DNA of 64,000 nucleotides, taken from the NCBI RefSeq assembly GCF_009914755.1, contig NC_060925.1; one strand, written 5' to 3'. Under the pieces are notes generated by a model. It was not told the origin of the DNA and ran no database searches. It saw nothing but the letters and a program-made list of their open reading frames with translations. This stretch comes from the human T2T-CHM13v2.0 reference genome, Homo sapiens. A program made the translations under genes and the position numbers. Of the stretch, positions 26,901 to 40,648 are shown piece by piece; the first letter of the stretch is position 1; every line of letters begins with the position of its first letter.

Positions 26901-29900
26901 GTGATGTGTGCGTTCAACTCACAGAGTTTAACCTTTCTTTTCATAGAGCAGTTAGGAAACACTCTGTTTGTAAAGTCTGCAAGTGGATATTCAGACCTCT
27001 TTGAGGCCTTCTTTGGAAACGGGATTTCTTCATATTCTGCTAGACTGAAGAATTCTCAGTAACTTCCTTGTGTTGTGTGTATTCAACTCACAGAGTTGAA
27101 CGATCCTTTACACAGAGCAGACTTGAAACATTCTTTTTGTGGAATTTGCAAGTGGAGATTTCAGCCGCTTTGAGGTCAATGGTAGAATAGGAAATATCTT
27201 CCTATAGAAACTAGACAGAACGATTCTCAGAAACTCCTTTGTGATGTGTGCGTTCAACTCACAGAGTTTAACCTTTCTTTTCATAGAGCAGTTAGGAAAC
27301 ACTCTGTTTGTAAAGTCTGCAAGTGGATATTCAGACCTCTTTGAGGCCTTCGTTGGAAACGGGATTTCTTCATATTCTGCTAGACAGAAGAATTCTCAGT
27401 AACTTCCTTGTGTTGTGTGTATTCAACTCACAGAGTTGAACGATCCTTTACACAGAGCAGACTTGAAACACTCTTTTTGTGGAATTTGGAAGTGGAGATT
27501 TCAGCCGCTTTGAGGTCAATAGTAGAAAAGGAAATATCTTCGTAGAAAAACTAGACAGAATGATTCTCAGAAACTCCTTTGTGATGTGTGCGTTCAACTC
27601 ACAGAGTTTAACTTTTCTTTTCATAGAGCAGTTAGGAAACACTCTGTTTGTAAAGTCTGCAAGTGGATATTCAGACCTCTTTGAGGCCTTCGTTGGAAAC
27701 GGGATTTCTTCATATTATGCTAGACAGAATAATTCTCAGTAACTTCCTTGTGTTGTGTGTATTCAACTCACAGAGTTGAACGATCCTTTACACAGAGCAG
27801 ACTTGAAACATTCTTTTTGTGGAATTTGCAAGTGGAGATTTCAGCCGCTTTGAGGTCAATGGTAGAATAGGAAATATCTTCCTATAGAAACTAGACAGAA
27901 CGATTCTCAGAAACTCCTTTGTGATGTGTGCGTTCAACTCACAGAGTTTAACCTTTCTTTTCATAGAGCAGTTAGGAAACACTCTGTTTGTAAAGTCTGC
28001 AAGTGGATATTCAGACCTCTTTGAGGCCTTCGTTGGAAACGGGATTTCTTCATATTCTGCTAGACAGAAGAATTCTCACTAACTTCCTTGTGTTGTGTGT
28101 ATTCAACTCACAGATTTGAACGATCCTTTACACAGAGTAGACTTGAAACACTCTTTTTGTGGAATTTGCAAGTGGAGATTTCAGCCGCTTTGAGGTCAAT
28201 AGTAGAAAAGGAAATATCTTCGTAGAAAAACTAGACAGAATCATTCTCAGAAACTCCTTTGTGATGTGTGTGTTCAACTCACAGAGTTTAACCTTTCTTT
28301 TCATAGAGCAGTTAGTAAACACTCTGTTTATAAAGTCTGCAAGTGGATAATCAGACCCCTTTGAGGCCTTCGTTGGAAACGGGATTTCTTCATATTATTC
28401 TAGACAGAAGAATTCTCAGTAACTTCCTTGTGTTGTGTGTATTCAACTGACAGAGTTGAACTTTCATTTAGAGAGAGCAGATTTGAAACACTGTTTTTGT
28501 GGAATTTGCAATTGGAGATTTCAAGCGCTTTGGGGCCAAAGGCAGAAAAGGAAATATCTTCGTATAAAAACTAGACAGAATCATTCTCAGAAACTGCTGC
28601 GTGATGTGTGCGTTCAACTCTCAGAGTTTAACTTTTCTTTTCATTCAGCGGTTTGGAAACACTCTGTTTGTAAAGTCTGCACGTGGATATTTTTACCACT
28701 TAGAGGCCTTCGTTGGAAACGGGTTTTTTTCATGTTAGGCTAGACAGAAGAATTCCCAGTAACTTCCTTGTGTTGTGTGCATTCAACTCACAGAGTTGAA
28801 CGTTCCCTTAGACAGAGCAGATTTGAAACACTCTATTTGTGCAATTTGCAAGTGTAGATTTCAAGCGCTTTAAGGTCAATGGCAGAAAAGGAAATATCTT
28901 CGTTTCAAAACTAGACAGAATCATTCCCACAAACTGCGTTGTGATGTGTTCGTTCAACTCACAGAGTTTAACCTTTCTGTTCATAGAGCAGTTAGGAAAC
29001 ACTCTGTTTGTAAAGTCTGCAAGTGGATATTCAGACCTCTTTGAGGCCTTCGTTGGAAACGGGATTTCTTCATATTCTGCTAGACAGAATAATTCTCAGT
29101 AACTTCCTTGTGTTGTGTGTATTCAACTCACAGAGTTGAACGATCCTTTACACAGAGCAGACTTGAAACACTCTTTTTGTGGAATTTGCAAGTGGAGATT
29201 TCAGCCGCTTTGAGGTCAATGGTAGAATAGGAAATATCTTCCTATAGAAACTAGACAGAACGATTCACAGAAACTCCTTTGTGATGTGTGCGTTCAACTC
29301 ACAGAGTTTAACCTTTCTTTTCATAGAGCAGTTAGGAAACACTCTGTTTGTAAAGTCTGCAAGTGGATATTCAGACCTCTTTGAGGCCTTCGTTGGAAAC
29401 GGGATTTCTTCATATTCTGCTAGACAGAAGAATTCTCAGTAACTTCCTTGTGTTGTGTGTATTCAACTCACAGAGTTGAACGATCCTTTACACAAAGCAG
29501 ACTTGAAACACTCTTTTTGGGGAATTTGCAAGTGGAGATTTCAGCCGCTTTGAGGTCAATGGTAGAAAAGGAAACTATCTTCATATAAAGACTAGACAGA
29601 ATGATTCTCAGAAAATCTTTTGTGATGTGTGCGCTCAACTCACAGAGTTTAACTTTTCTTCTCATAGAGCAGTTAGGAAACACTCTGTTTGTAAAGTGTG
29701 CAAGTGGATATTCAGACCTCTTTGAGGCCTTCGTTGGAAACGGGATTTCTTCATATTATGCTAGACAGAATAATTCTCAGTAACTTCCTTGTGTTGTGTG
29801 TATTCAACTCACAGAGTTGAAGGATCCTTTACAGAGAGCAGGCTTGAAACACTCTTTTTGTCGAATTTGCAAGTGGAGATTTCAGCCGCTTTGAGGTCAA

Positions 29901-30060
29901 TGGTAGAATAGGAAATATCTTCTTATAGAAACTAGACAGAATGACTCTCATAAACTCCTTTGTGATGTGTGCGTTCAACTCACAGAGTTTAACCTTTCTT
30001 TTCATAGAGCAGTTAGGAAACACTCTGTTTGTAAAGTCTGCAAGTGGATATTCAGACCTC
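23940..30060 (+). repeat. Tandem pair of the 3061-bp unit B
   Basis: Constant offset 3061: 24047/27108, 24387/27448, 25374/28435, 26407/29468, 26768/29829. Confidence 0.87.
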
Positions 30061-32399
30061 TTTGAGGCCTTCGTTGGAAACGGGATTTCTTCATATTCTG
30101 CTAGACTGAAGAATTCTCAGTAACTTCCTTGTGTTGTGTGTATTCAACTCACTGAGTTGAACGATCCTTTACACAGAGCAGACTTGAAACATTCTTTTTG
30201 TGGAATTTGCAAGTGGAGATTTCAGCCGCTTTGAGGTCAATGGTAGAATAGGAAATATCTTCCTATAGAAACTAGACAGAACGATTCTCAGAAACTCCTT
30301 TGTGATGTGTGCGTTCAACTCACAGAGTTTAACCTTTCTTTTCATAGAGCAGTTAGGAAACACTCTGTTTGTAAAGTCTGCAAGTGGATATTCAGACCTC
30401 TTTGAGGCCTTCGTTGGAAACGGGATTTCTTCATATTCTGCTAGACAGAAGAATTCTCAGTAACTTCCTTGTGTTGTGTGTATTCAACTGACAGAGTTGA
30501 ACTTTCATTTAGAGAGAGCAGATTTGAAACACTGTTTTTGTGGAATTTGCAATTGGAGATTTCAAGCGCTTTGGGGCCAAAGGCAGAAAAGGAAATATCT
30601 TCGTATAAAAACTAGACAGAATCATTCTCAGAAACTGCTGCGTGATGTGTGCGTTCAACTCTCAGAGTTTAACTTTTCTTTTCATTCAGCGGTTTGGAAA
30701 CACTCTGTTTGTAAAGTCTGCACGTGGATATTTTGACCACTTAGAGGCCTTCGTTGGAAACGGGTTTTTTTCATGTTAGGCTAGACAGAAGAATTCCCAG
30801 TAACTTCCTTGTGTTGTGTGCATTCAACTCACAGAGTTGAACGTTCCCTTAGACAGAGCAGATTTGAAACACTCTATTTGTGCAATTTGCAAGTGTAGAT
30901 TTCAAGCGCTTTAAGGTCAATGGCAAAAAAGGAAATATCTTCGTTTCAAAACTAGACAGAATCATTCCCACAAACTGCGTTGTGATGTGTTCGTTCAACT
31001 CACAGAGTTTAACCTTTCTGTTCATAGAGCAGTTAGGAAACACTCTGTTTGTAAAGTCTGCAAGTGGATATTCAGACCTCTTTGAGGCCTTCGTTGGAAA
31101 CGGGATTTCTTCATATTATGCTAGACAGAAGAATTCTCAGTAACTTCCTTGTGTTGTGTGTATTCAACTCACAGAGTTGAACGATCCTTTACACAGAGCA
31201 GACTTGAAACACTCTTTTTGTGGAATTTGCAAGTGGAGATTTCAGCCGCTTTGAGGTCAATGGTAGAATAGGAAATATCTTCCTATAGAAACTAGACAGA
31301 ACGATTCACAGAAACTCCTTTGTGATGTGTGCGTTCAACTCACAGAGTTTAACCTTTCTTTTCATAGAGCAGTTAGGAAACACTCTGTTTGTAAAGTCTG
31401 CAAGTGGATATTCAGACCTCTTTGAGGCCTTCGTTGGAAACGGGATTTCTTCATATTCTGCTAGACAGAAGAATTCTCAGTAACTTCCTTGTGTTGTGTG
31501 TATTCAACTCACAGAGTTGAAGGATCCTTTATAGAGAGCAGGCTTGAAACACTCTTTTTGTCGAATTTGCAAGTGGAGATTTCAGCCGCTTTGAGGTGAA
31601 TGGTAGAATAGGAAATATCTTCTTATAGAAACTAGACAGAATGATTCTCATAAACTCCTTTGTGATGCGTGCGTTCAACTCACAGAGTTTAACCTTTCTT
31701 TTCATAGAGCAGTTAGGAAACACTCTGTTTGTAAAGTCTGCAAGTGGATATTCAGACCTCCTTGAGGCCTTCGTTGGAAACGGGATTTCTTCATATTCTG
31801 CTAGACAGAAGAATTCTCAGTAACTTCCTTCTGTTGTGTTTATTCAACTCACAGAGTTGAATGATCCTTTACACAGAGCAGACTTGAAACACTCTTTTTG
31901 TGGAAATTGCAAGTGGAGATTTCAGCCGCTTTGAGGTCAATGGTAGAAAAGTAAATATCTTCGTATAAAGACTAGACATAATGATTCTCAGAAACTCCTT
32001 TGTGATGTGTGCGTTCAACTCACAGAGTTTAACCTTTCTGTTCATAGAGCAGTTAGGAAACACTCTGTTTGTAAAGTCTGCAAGTGGATATTCAGACCTC
32101 CTTGAGGCCTTCGTTGGAAACGGGATTTCTTCATATTCTGCTAGACAGAAGAATTCTCAGTAACTTCCTTGTGTTGTGTGTATTCAACTCACAGAGTTGA
32201 ACGATCCTTTACACAGAGCAGACTTGAAACACTCTTTTTGTGGAATTTGCAAGTGGAGATTTCAGCCGCTTTGAGGTCAATAGTAGAAAAGGAAACATCT
32301 TCGTAGAAAAACTAGACAGAATGATTCTCAGAAACTCCTTTGTGATGTGTGTGTTCAACTCACAGAGTTTAACCTTTCTTTTCATAGAGCAGTTAGTAA

Positions 32400-35300
32400 A
32401 CACTCTGTTTATAAAGTCTGCAAGTGGATATTCAGACCCCTTTGAGGCCTTCGTTGGAAACGGGATTTCTTCATATTATGCCAGACAGAAGAATTCTCAG
32501 TAACTTCCTTGTGTTGTGTGTATTCAACTGACAGAGCTGAACTTTCATTTAGAGAGAGCAGATTTGAAACGCTGTTTTTGTGGAATTTGCAAGTGGAGAT
32601 TTCAAGCGCTTTGGGGCCAAAGGCAGAAAAGGAAATATCTTCGTATAAAAACTAGACAGAATCATTCTCATAAACTGCTGCGTGATGTGTGCGTTCAACT
32701 CTCAGAGTTTAACTTTTCTTTTCATTCAGCGGTTTGGAAACACTCTGTTTGTAAAGTCTGCACTTGGATATTTTGACCACTTAGAGGCCTTCGTTGGAAA
32801 CGGGTTTTTTTTCATGTAAGGCTAGACAGAAGAATTCCCAGTAACTTCCTTGTGTTGTGTGCATTCAACTCACAGAGTTGAACGTTCCATTAGACAGAGC
32901 AGATTTGAAACACTCTATTTGTGCAATTTGCAAGTGTAGATTTCAAGCGCTTTAAGGTCAATGGCAGAAAAGGAAATATCTTCGTTTCAAAACTACACAG
33001 AATCATTCCCACAAACTGCGTTGTGATGTGTTCGTTCAACTCACAGAGTTTAACCTTTCTGTTCATAGAGCAGTTAGGAAACACTCTGTAACGTCTGTAA
33101 GTGGATATTCTGACATCTTGTGGCCTTCGTTGGAAACGGGATTTCTTCATATTCTGCTAGACAGAAGAATTCTCAGTAACTTCCTTGTGTTGTGTGTATT
33201 CAACTCACAGAGTTGAACGATCCTTTACACAGAGCAGACTTGAAACACTCTTTTTGTGGAATTTGCAAGTGGAGATTTCAGCCGCTTTGAGGTCAATGGT
33301 AGAAAAGGAAACTATCTTCATATAAAGACTAGACAGAATGATTCTCAGAAAATCTTTTGTGATGTGTGCGTTCAACTCACAGAGTTTAACTTTTCTTCTC
33401 ATAGAGCAGTTAGGAAACACTCTGTTTGTAAAGTCTGCAAGTGGATATTCAGACCTCTTTGAGGCCTTCGTTGGAAACGGGATTTCTTCATATTCTGCTA
33501 GACAGAATAATTCTCAGTAACTTCCTTGTGTTGTGTGTATTCAACTCACAGAGTTGAATGATCCTTTACACAGAGCAGACTTGAAACACTCTTTTTGTGG
33601 AATTTGCAAGTGGAGATTTCAGCCGCTTTGAGGTCAATGGTAGAAAAGTAAATATCTTCGTATAAAGACTAGACAGAATGATTCTCAGAAACTCCTTTGT
33701 GATGTGTGCGTTCAACTCACAGAGTTTAACCTTTCTGTTCATAGAGCAGTTAGGAAACACTCTGTTTGTAAAGTCTGCAAGTGGATATTCAGACCTCCTT
33801 GAGGCCTTCGTTGGAAACGGGATTTATTCATATTCTGCTAGACAGAAGAATTCTCAGTAACTTCCTTGTGTTGTGTGTATTCAACTCACAGAGTTGAATG
33901 ATCCTTTACACAGAGTAGACTTGAAACACTCTTTTTGTGGAATTTGCAAGTGGAGATTTCAGCCGCTTTGTGGTCAATGGTAGAATAGGAAATATCTTCC
34001 TATTGAAACTAGACAGAATGATTCTCAGAAACTCATTTGTGATGTGTGCGTTCAACTCACAGAGTTTAAACTTTCTTTTCATAGAGCAGTTAGGAAACAC
34101 TCTGTTTGTAAAGTCTGCAAGCGGATATTCAGACCTCTTTGAAGCCTTCGTTGGAAACGGGATTTCTTCATATTCTGCTAGACAGAAGAATTCTCAGTAA
34201 CTTCCTTGTGTTGTGTGTATTCAACTCACAGAGATGAACGATCCTTTACACAGAGCAGACTTGAAACACTCCTTTTGTGGAATTTGCAAGTGGAGATTTC
34301 AGCCGCTTTGAGGTCAATGGTAGAAAAGGAAACTATCTTCGTATAAAGACTAGACAGAATGATTCCCACAAAATCCTTTGTGATGTGTGTGTTCAACTCA
34401 CAGAGTTTAACCTTTCTTTTCATAGAGCAGTTAGTAAACACTCTGTTTATAAAGTCTGCAAGTGGATATTCAGACCCCTTTGAGGCCTTCGTTGGAAACG
34501 GGATTTCTTCATATTATGCTAGACAGAAGAATTCTCAGTAACTTCCTTGTGTTGTGTGTATTCAACTGACAGAGTTGAACTTTCATTTAGAGAGAGCAGA
34601 TTTGAAACACTGTTTTTGTGGAATTTGCAAGTGGAGATTTCAAGCGCTTTGGGGCCAAAGGCAGAAAAGGAAATATCTTCGTATAAAAACTAGACAGAAT
34701 CATTCTCAGAAACTGCTGCGTGATGTGTGCGTTCAACTCTCAGAGTTTAACTTTTCTTTTCATTCAGCGGTTTGGAAACACTCTGTTTGTAAAGTCTGCA
34801 CGTGGAAATTTTGACCACTTAGAGGCCTTCGTTGGAAACGGGTTTTTTTCATGTAAGGCTAGACAGAAGAATTCCCAGTAACTTCCTTGTGTTGTGTGCA
34901 TTCAACTCACAGAGTTGAACGTTCCCTTAGACAGAGCAGATTTGAAACACTCTATTTGTGCAATTTGCAAGTGTAGTTTTCAAGCTCTTTAAGGTCAACG
35001 GCAGAAAAGGAAATATCTTCGTTTCAAAACTAGACAGAATCATTCCCACAAACTGCGTTGTGATGTGTTCGTTCAACTCACAGAGTTTAACCTTTCTGTT
35101 CATAGAGCAGTTAGGAATCACTCTGTTTGTAAACTCTGCAAGTGGATATTCAGACCTCTTTGAGGCCTTCGTTGGAAACGGGATTTCTTCATATTATGCT
35201 AGACAGAATAATTCTCAGTAACTTCCTTGTGTTGTGTGTATTCAACTCACAGAGTTGAAGGATCCTTTACAGAGAGCAGGCTTGAAACACTCTTTTTGTC

Positions 35301-36790
35301 GAATTTGCAAGTGGAGATTTCAGCCGCTTTGAGGTCAATGGTAGAATAGGAAATATCTTCTTATAGAAACTAGACAGAATGATTCTCATAAGCTCCTTTG
35401 TGATGTGTGCGTTCAACTCACAGAGTTTAACCTTTCTTTTCATAGAGCAGTTAGGAAACACTCTGTTTGTAAAGTCTGCAAGTGGATATTCAGACCTCCT
35501 TGAGGCCTTCGTTGGAAACGGGATTTCTTCATATTCTGCTAGACAGAAGAATTCTCAGTAACTTCCTTCTGTTGTGTTTATTCAACTCACAGAGTTGAAT
35601 GATCCTTTACACAGAGCAGACTTGAAACACTCTTTTTGTGGAATTTGCAAGTGGAGATTTCAGCCGCTTTGAGGTCAACGGTAGAAAAGTAAATATCTTC
35701 GTATAAAGACTAGACAGAATGATTCTCAGAAACTCCTTTGTGATGTGTGCATTCAACTCACAGAGTTTAACCTTTCTGTTCATAGAGCTGTTAGGAAACA
35801 CTCTGTTTGTAAAGTCTGCAAGTGGATATTCAGAACTCCTTGAGGCCTTCGTTGGAAACGGGATTTCTTCATATTCTGCTAGACAGAAGAATTATCAGTA
35901 ACTTCCTTGTGTTGTGTGTATTCAACTCACAGAGTTGAACAATCCTTTACACAGAGCAGACTTGAAACACTCTTTTTGTGGAATTTGCAAGTGGAGATTT
36001 CAGCCGCTTTGAGGTCAATGGTAGAAAAGGAAACATCTCCGTATAAAGACTAGACAGAATGATTCTCATAAACTCCTTTGTGATGTGTGCGTTCAACTCA
36101 CAGAGTTTAACTTTTCTTTTCATAGAGCAGTTAGGAAACACTCTGTTTGTAAAGTCTGCAAGTGGATATTCAGACCTCTTTGAGGCCTTCGTTGGAAACG
36201 GGATTTCTTCATATTATGCTACACAGAAGAATTCTCAGTAACTTCCTTGTGTTGTGTGTATTCAACTCACAGAGTTGAACGATCCTTTACACAGAGCAGA
36301 CTTGAAACATTCTTTTTGTGGAATTTGCAAGTGGAGATTTCAGCCGCTTTGAGGTCAATGGTAGAATAGGAAATATCTTCCTATAGAAACTAGACAGAAC
36401 GATTCTCAGAAACTCCTTTGTGATGTGTGCGTTCAACTCACAGAGTTTAACCTTTCTGTTCATAGAGCAGTTAGGAAACACTCTATTTGTAAAGTCTGCA
36501 AGTGGATATTCAGACCTCTTTGAGGCCTTCGTTGGAAACGGGATTTCTTCATATTCTGCTAGACAGAAGAATTCTCAGTAACTTCCTTGTGTTGTGTGTA
36601 TTCAACTCACAGAGTTGAACGATCCTTTACACAGAGCAGACTTGAAACACTCTTTTTGTGGAATTTGCAAGTGGAGATTTCAGCCGCTTTCAGGTCAATA
36701 GTAGAAAAGGAAATATCTTCGTAGAAAAACTAGACAGAATGATTCTCAGAAACTCCTTTGTGATGTGTGTGTTCAACTCACAGAGTTTAA
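32400..36790 (+). repeat. Block duplication C, copy 2
   Basis: Offsets 9743/32516, 11779/34554 and 13881/36658. Confidence 0.9.
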
Positions 36791-36908
36791 CCTTTCTTTT
36801 CATAGAGCAGTTAGTAAACACTCTGTTTATAAAGTCTGCAAGTGGATATTCAGACCCCTTTGAGGCCTTCGTTGGAAACGGGATTTCTTCATATTATGCT
36901 AGACAGAA

Positions 36909-37928
36909 GAATTCTCAGTAACTTCCTTGTGTTGTGTGTATTCAACTGACAGAGTTGAACTTTCATTTAGAGAGAGCAGATTTGAAACACTGTTTTTGTG
37001 GAATTTGCAATTGGAGATTTCAAGCGCTTTGGGGCCAAAGGCAGAAAAGGAAATATCTTCGTATAAAAACTAGACAGAATCATTCTCAGAAACTGCTGCG
37101 TGATGTGTGCGTTCAACTCTCAGAGTTTAACTTTTCTTTTCATTCAGCGGTTTGGAAACACTCTGTTTGTAAAGTCTGCACGTAGATATTTTGACCACTT
37201 AGAGGCCTTCGTTGGAAACGGGTTTTTTTCATGTAAGGCTAGACAGAAGAATTCCCAGTAACTTCCTTGTGTTGTGTGCATTCAACTCACAGAGTTGAAC
37301 GTTCCCTTAGACAGAGCAGATTTGAAACACTCTATTTGTGCAATTTGCAAGTGTAGATCTCAAGCGCTTTAAGGTCAATGGGAGAAAAGGAAATATCTTC
37401 GTTTCAAAACTAGACAGAATCATTCCCACAAACTGCGTTGTGATGTGTTCGTTCAACTCACAGAGTTTAACCTTTCTGTTCATAGAGCAGTTAGGAAACA
37501 CTCTGTTTGTAAAGTCTGCAAGTGGATATTCAGACCTCCTTGAGGCCTTCGTTGGAAGCGGGATTTCTTCATATTCTGCTAGACAGAAGAATTCTCAGTA
37601 ACTTCCTTGTGTTGTGTTTATTCAACTCACAGAGTTGAATGATCTTTTACACAGAGCAGACTTGAAACACTCTTTTTGTGGAATTTGCAAGTGGAGATTT
37701 CAGCCGCTTTGACGTCAATGGTAGAAAAGTAAATATCTTCGTATAAAGACTAGACAGAATGATTCTCATAAACTCCTTTGTGATGTGTGCGTTCAACTCA
37801 CAGAGTTTAACCTTTCTGTTCATAGAGCAGTTAGGAAACACTCTGTTTGTAAAGTCTGCAAGTGGATATTCAGACCTCTTTGAGGCCTTCGTTGGAAACG
37901 GGATTTCTTCATATTCTGCTAGACAGAA
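36909..37928 (+). repeat. 1020-bp 6-monomer HOR unit (shortest cassette-to-cassette unit)
   Basis: Cassette starts at 36934 and 37954 are exactly 1020 bp apart, consistent with the canonical 6-mer of the chr1/5/19 array. Confidence 0.8.
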
Positions 37929-40648
37929 GAATTCTCAGTAACTTCCTTGTGTTGTGTGTATTCAACTGACAGAGTTGAACTTTCATTTGGAGAGAGCAGA
38001 TTTGAAAAACTGTTTTTGTGGAATTTGCAAGTGGAGATTTCAAGCGCTTTGGGGCCAAAGGCAGAAAAGGAAATATCTTCGTATAAAAACTAGACAGAAT
38101 CATTCTCAGAAACTGCTGCGTGATGTGTGCGTTCAACTCTCAGAGTTTAACTTTTCTTTTCATTCAGCGGTTTGGAAACACTCTGTTTGTAAAGTCTGCA
38201 CGTGGATATTTTGACCACTTAGAGGCCTTCGTTGGAAACGGGTTTTTTTCATGTAAGGCTAGACAGAAGAATTCCCAGTAACTTCCTTGTGTTGTGTGCA
38301 TTCAACTCACAGAGTTGAACGTTCCCTTAGACAGAGCAGATTTGAAACACTCTATTTGTGCAATTTGCAAGTGTAGATTTCAAGCGCTTTAAGGTCAACG
38401 GCAGAAAAGGAAATACCTTCGTTTCAAAACTAGACAGAATCATTCCCACAAACTGCGTTGTGATGTGTTCGTTCAACTCACAGAGTTTAACCTTTCTGTT
38501 CATAGAGCAGTTAGGAAACACTCTGTTTGTAAAGTCTGTAAGTGGATATTCTGACATCTTGTGGCCTTCGTTGGAAACGGGATTTCTTCATATTCTGCTA
38601 GACAGAAGAATTCTCAGTAACTTCCTTGTGTTGTGTGTATTCAACTCACAGAGTTGAACGATCCTTTACACAGAGCAGACTTGAAACACTCTTTTTGTGG
38701 AATTTGCAAGTGGAGATTTCAGCCGCTTTGAGGTCAATGGTAGAAAAGGAAACTATCTTCATATAAAGACTAGACAGAATGATTCTCAGAAAATCTTTTG
38801 TGATGTGTGCGTTCAACTCACAGAGTTTAACTTTTCTTCTCATAGAGCAGTTAGGAAACACTCTGTTTGTAAAGTCTGCAAGTGGATATTCAGACCTCTT
38901 TGAGGCCTTCGTTGGAAACGGGATTTCTTCAAATTATGCTAGACAGAATAATTCTCAGTAACTTCCTTGTGTTCTGTGTATTCAACTCACAGAGTTGAAG
39001 GATCCTTTACAGAGAGCAGGCTTGAAACACTCTTTTTGTCGAATTTGCAAGTGGAGATTTCAGCCGCTTTGAGGTCAATGGTAGAATAGGAAATATCTTC
39101 TTATAGAAACTAGACAAAATGATTCTCATGAACTCCTTTGTGATGTGTGCGTTCAACTCACAGAGTTTAACCTTTCTTTTCATAGAGCAGTTAGGAAACA
39201 CTCTGTTTGTAAAGTCTGCAAGTGGATATTCAGACCTCCTTGAGGCCTTCGTTGGAAACGGGATTTCTTCATATTCTGCTAGACAGAAGAATTCTCAGTA
39301 ACTTCCTTGTGTTGTGTGTATTCAACTCACAGAGTTGAACGATCCTTTACACAGAGCAGACTTGAAACACTCTTTTTGTGGAATTTGCAAGTGGAGATTT
39401 CAGCCGATTTGAGGTCAATGGTAGAATAGGAAATATCTTCCTATAGAAACTAGACAGAATGATTCTCAGAAACTCCTTTGTGATGTGTGTGTTCAACTCA
39501 CAGAGTTTAACCTTTCTGTTCATAGAGCTGTTAGGAAACACTCTGTTTGTAAAGTCTGCAAGTGGATATTCAGAACTCCTTGAGGCCTTCGTTGGAAACG
39601 GGATTTCTTCATATTCTGCTAGACAGAAGAATTCTCAGTAACTTCCTTGTGTTGTGTGTATTCAACTCACAGAGTTGAACAATCCTTTACACAGAGCAGA
39701 CTTGAAACACTCTTTTTGTGGAATTTGCAAGTGGAGATTTCAGCCGCTTTGAGGTCAATGGTAGAAAAGGAAACATCTCCGTATAAAGACTAGACAGAAT
39801 GATTCTCATAAACTCCTTTGTGATGTGTGCGTTCAACTCACAGAGTTTAACTTTTCTTTTCATAGAGCAGTTAGGAAACACTCTGTTTGTAAAGTCTGCA
39901 AGTGGATATTCAGACCTCTTTGAGGCCTTCGTTGGAAACGGGATTTCTTCATATTATGCTACACAGAAGAATTCTCAGTAACTTCCTTGTGTTGTGTGTA
40001 TTCAACTCACAGAGTTGAACGATCCTTTACACAGAGCAGACTTGAAACATTCTTTTTGTGGAATTTGCAAGTGGAGATTTCAGCCGCTTTGAGGTCAATG
40101 GTAGAATAGGAAATATCTTCCTATAGAAACTAGACAGAACGATTCTCAGAAACTCCTTTGTGATGTGTGCGTTCAACTCACAGAGTTTAACCTTTCTGTT
40201 CATAGAGCATTTAGGAAACACTCTATTTGTAAAGTCTGCAAGTGGATATTCAGACCTCTTTGAGGCCTTCGTTGGAAACGGGATTTCTTCATATTCTGCT
40301 AGACAGAAGAATTCTCAGTAACTTCCTTGTGTTGTGTGTATTCAACTCACAGAGTTGAACGATCCTTTACACAGAGCAGACTTGAAACACTCTTTTTGTG
40401 GAATTTGCAAGTGGAGATTTCAGCCGCTTTCAGGTCAATAGTAGAAAAGGAAATATCTTCGTAGAAAAACTAGACAGAATGATTCTCAGAAACTCCTTTG
40501 TGATGTGTGTGTTCAACTCACAGAGTTTAACCTTTCTTTTCATAGAGCAGTTAGTAAACACTCTGTTTATAAAGTCTGCAAGTGGATATTCAGACCCCTT
40601 TGAGGCCTTCGTTGGAAACGGGATTTCTTCATATTATGCTAGACAGAA

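Noticed and set aside
37547-37563. Variant CENP-B boxes such as GGAAGCGGG (37547, 41287), GGACACGGG (15790, 22587, 23607), TTGAAAACGGG, TTGCAAACGGG and CGATGG counted as inactive
   Set aside because: The changes fall outside the nine core positions of NTTCGNNNNANNCGGGN, so these boxes were treated as likely functional.
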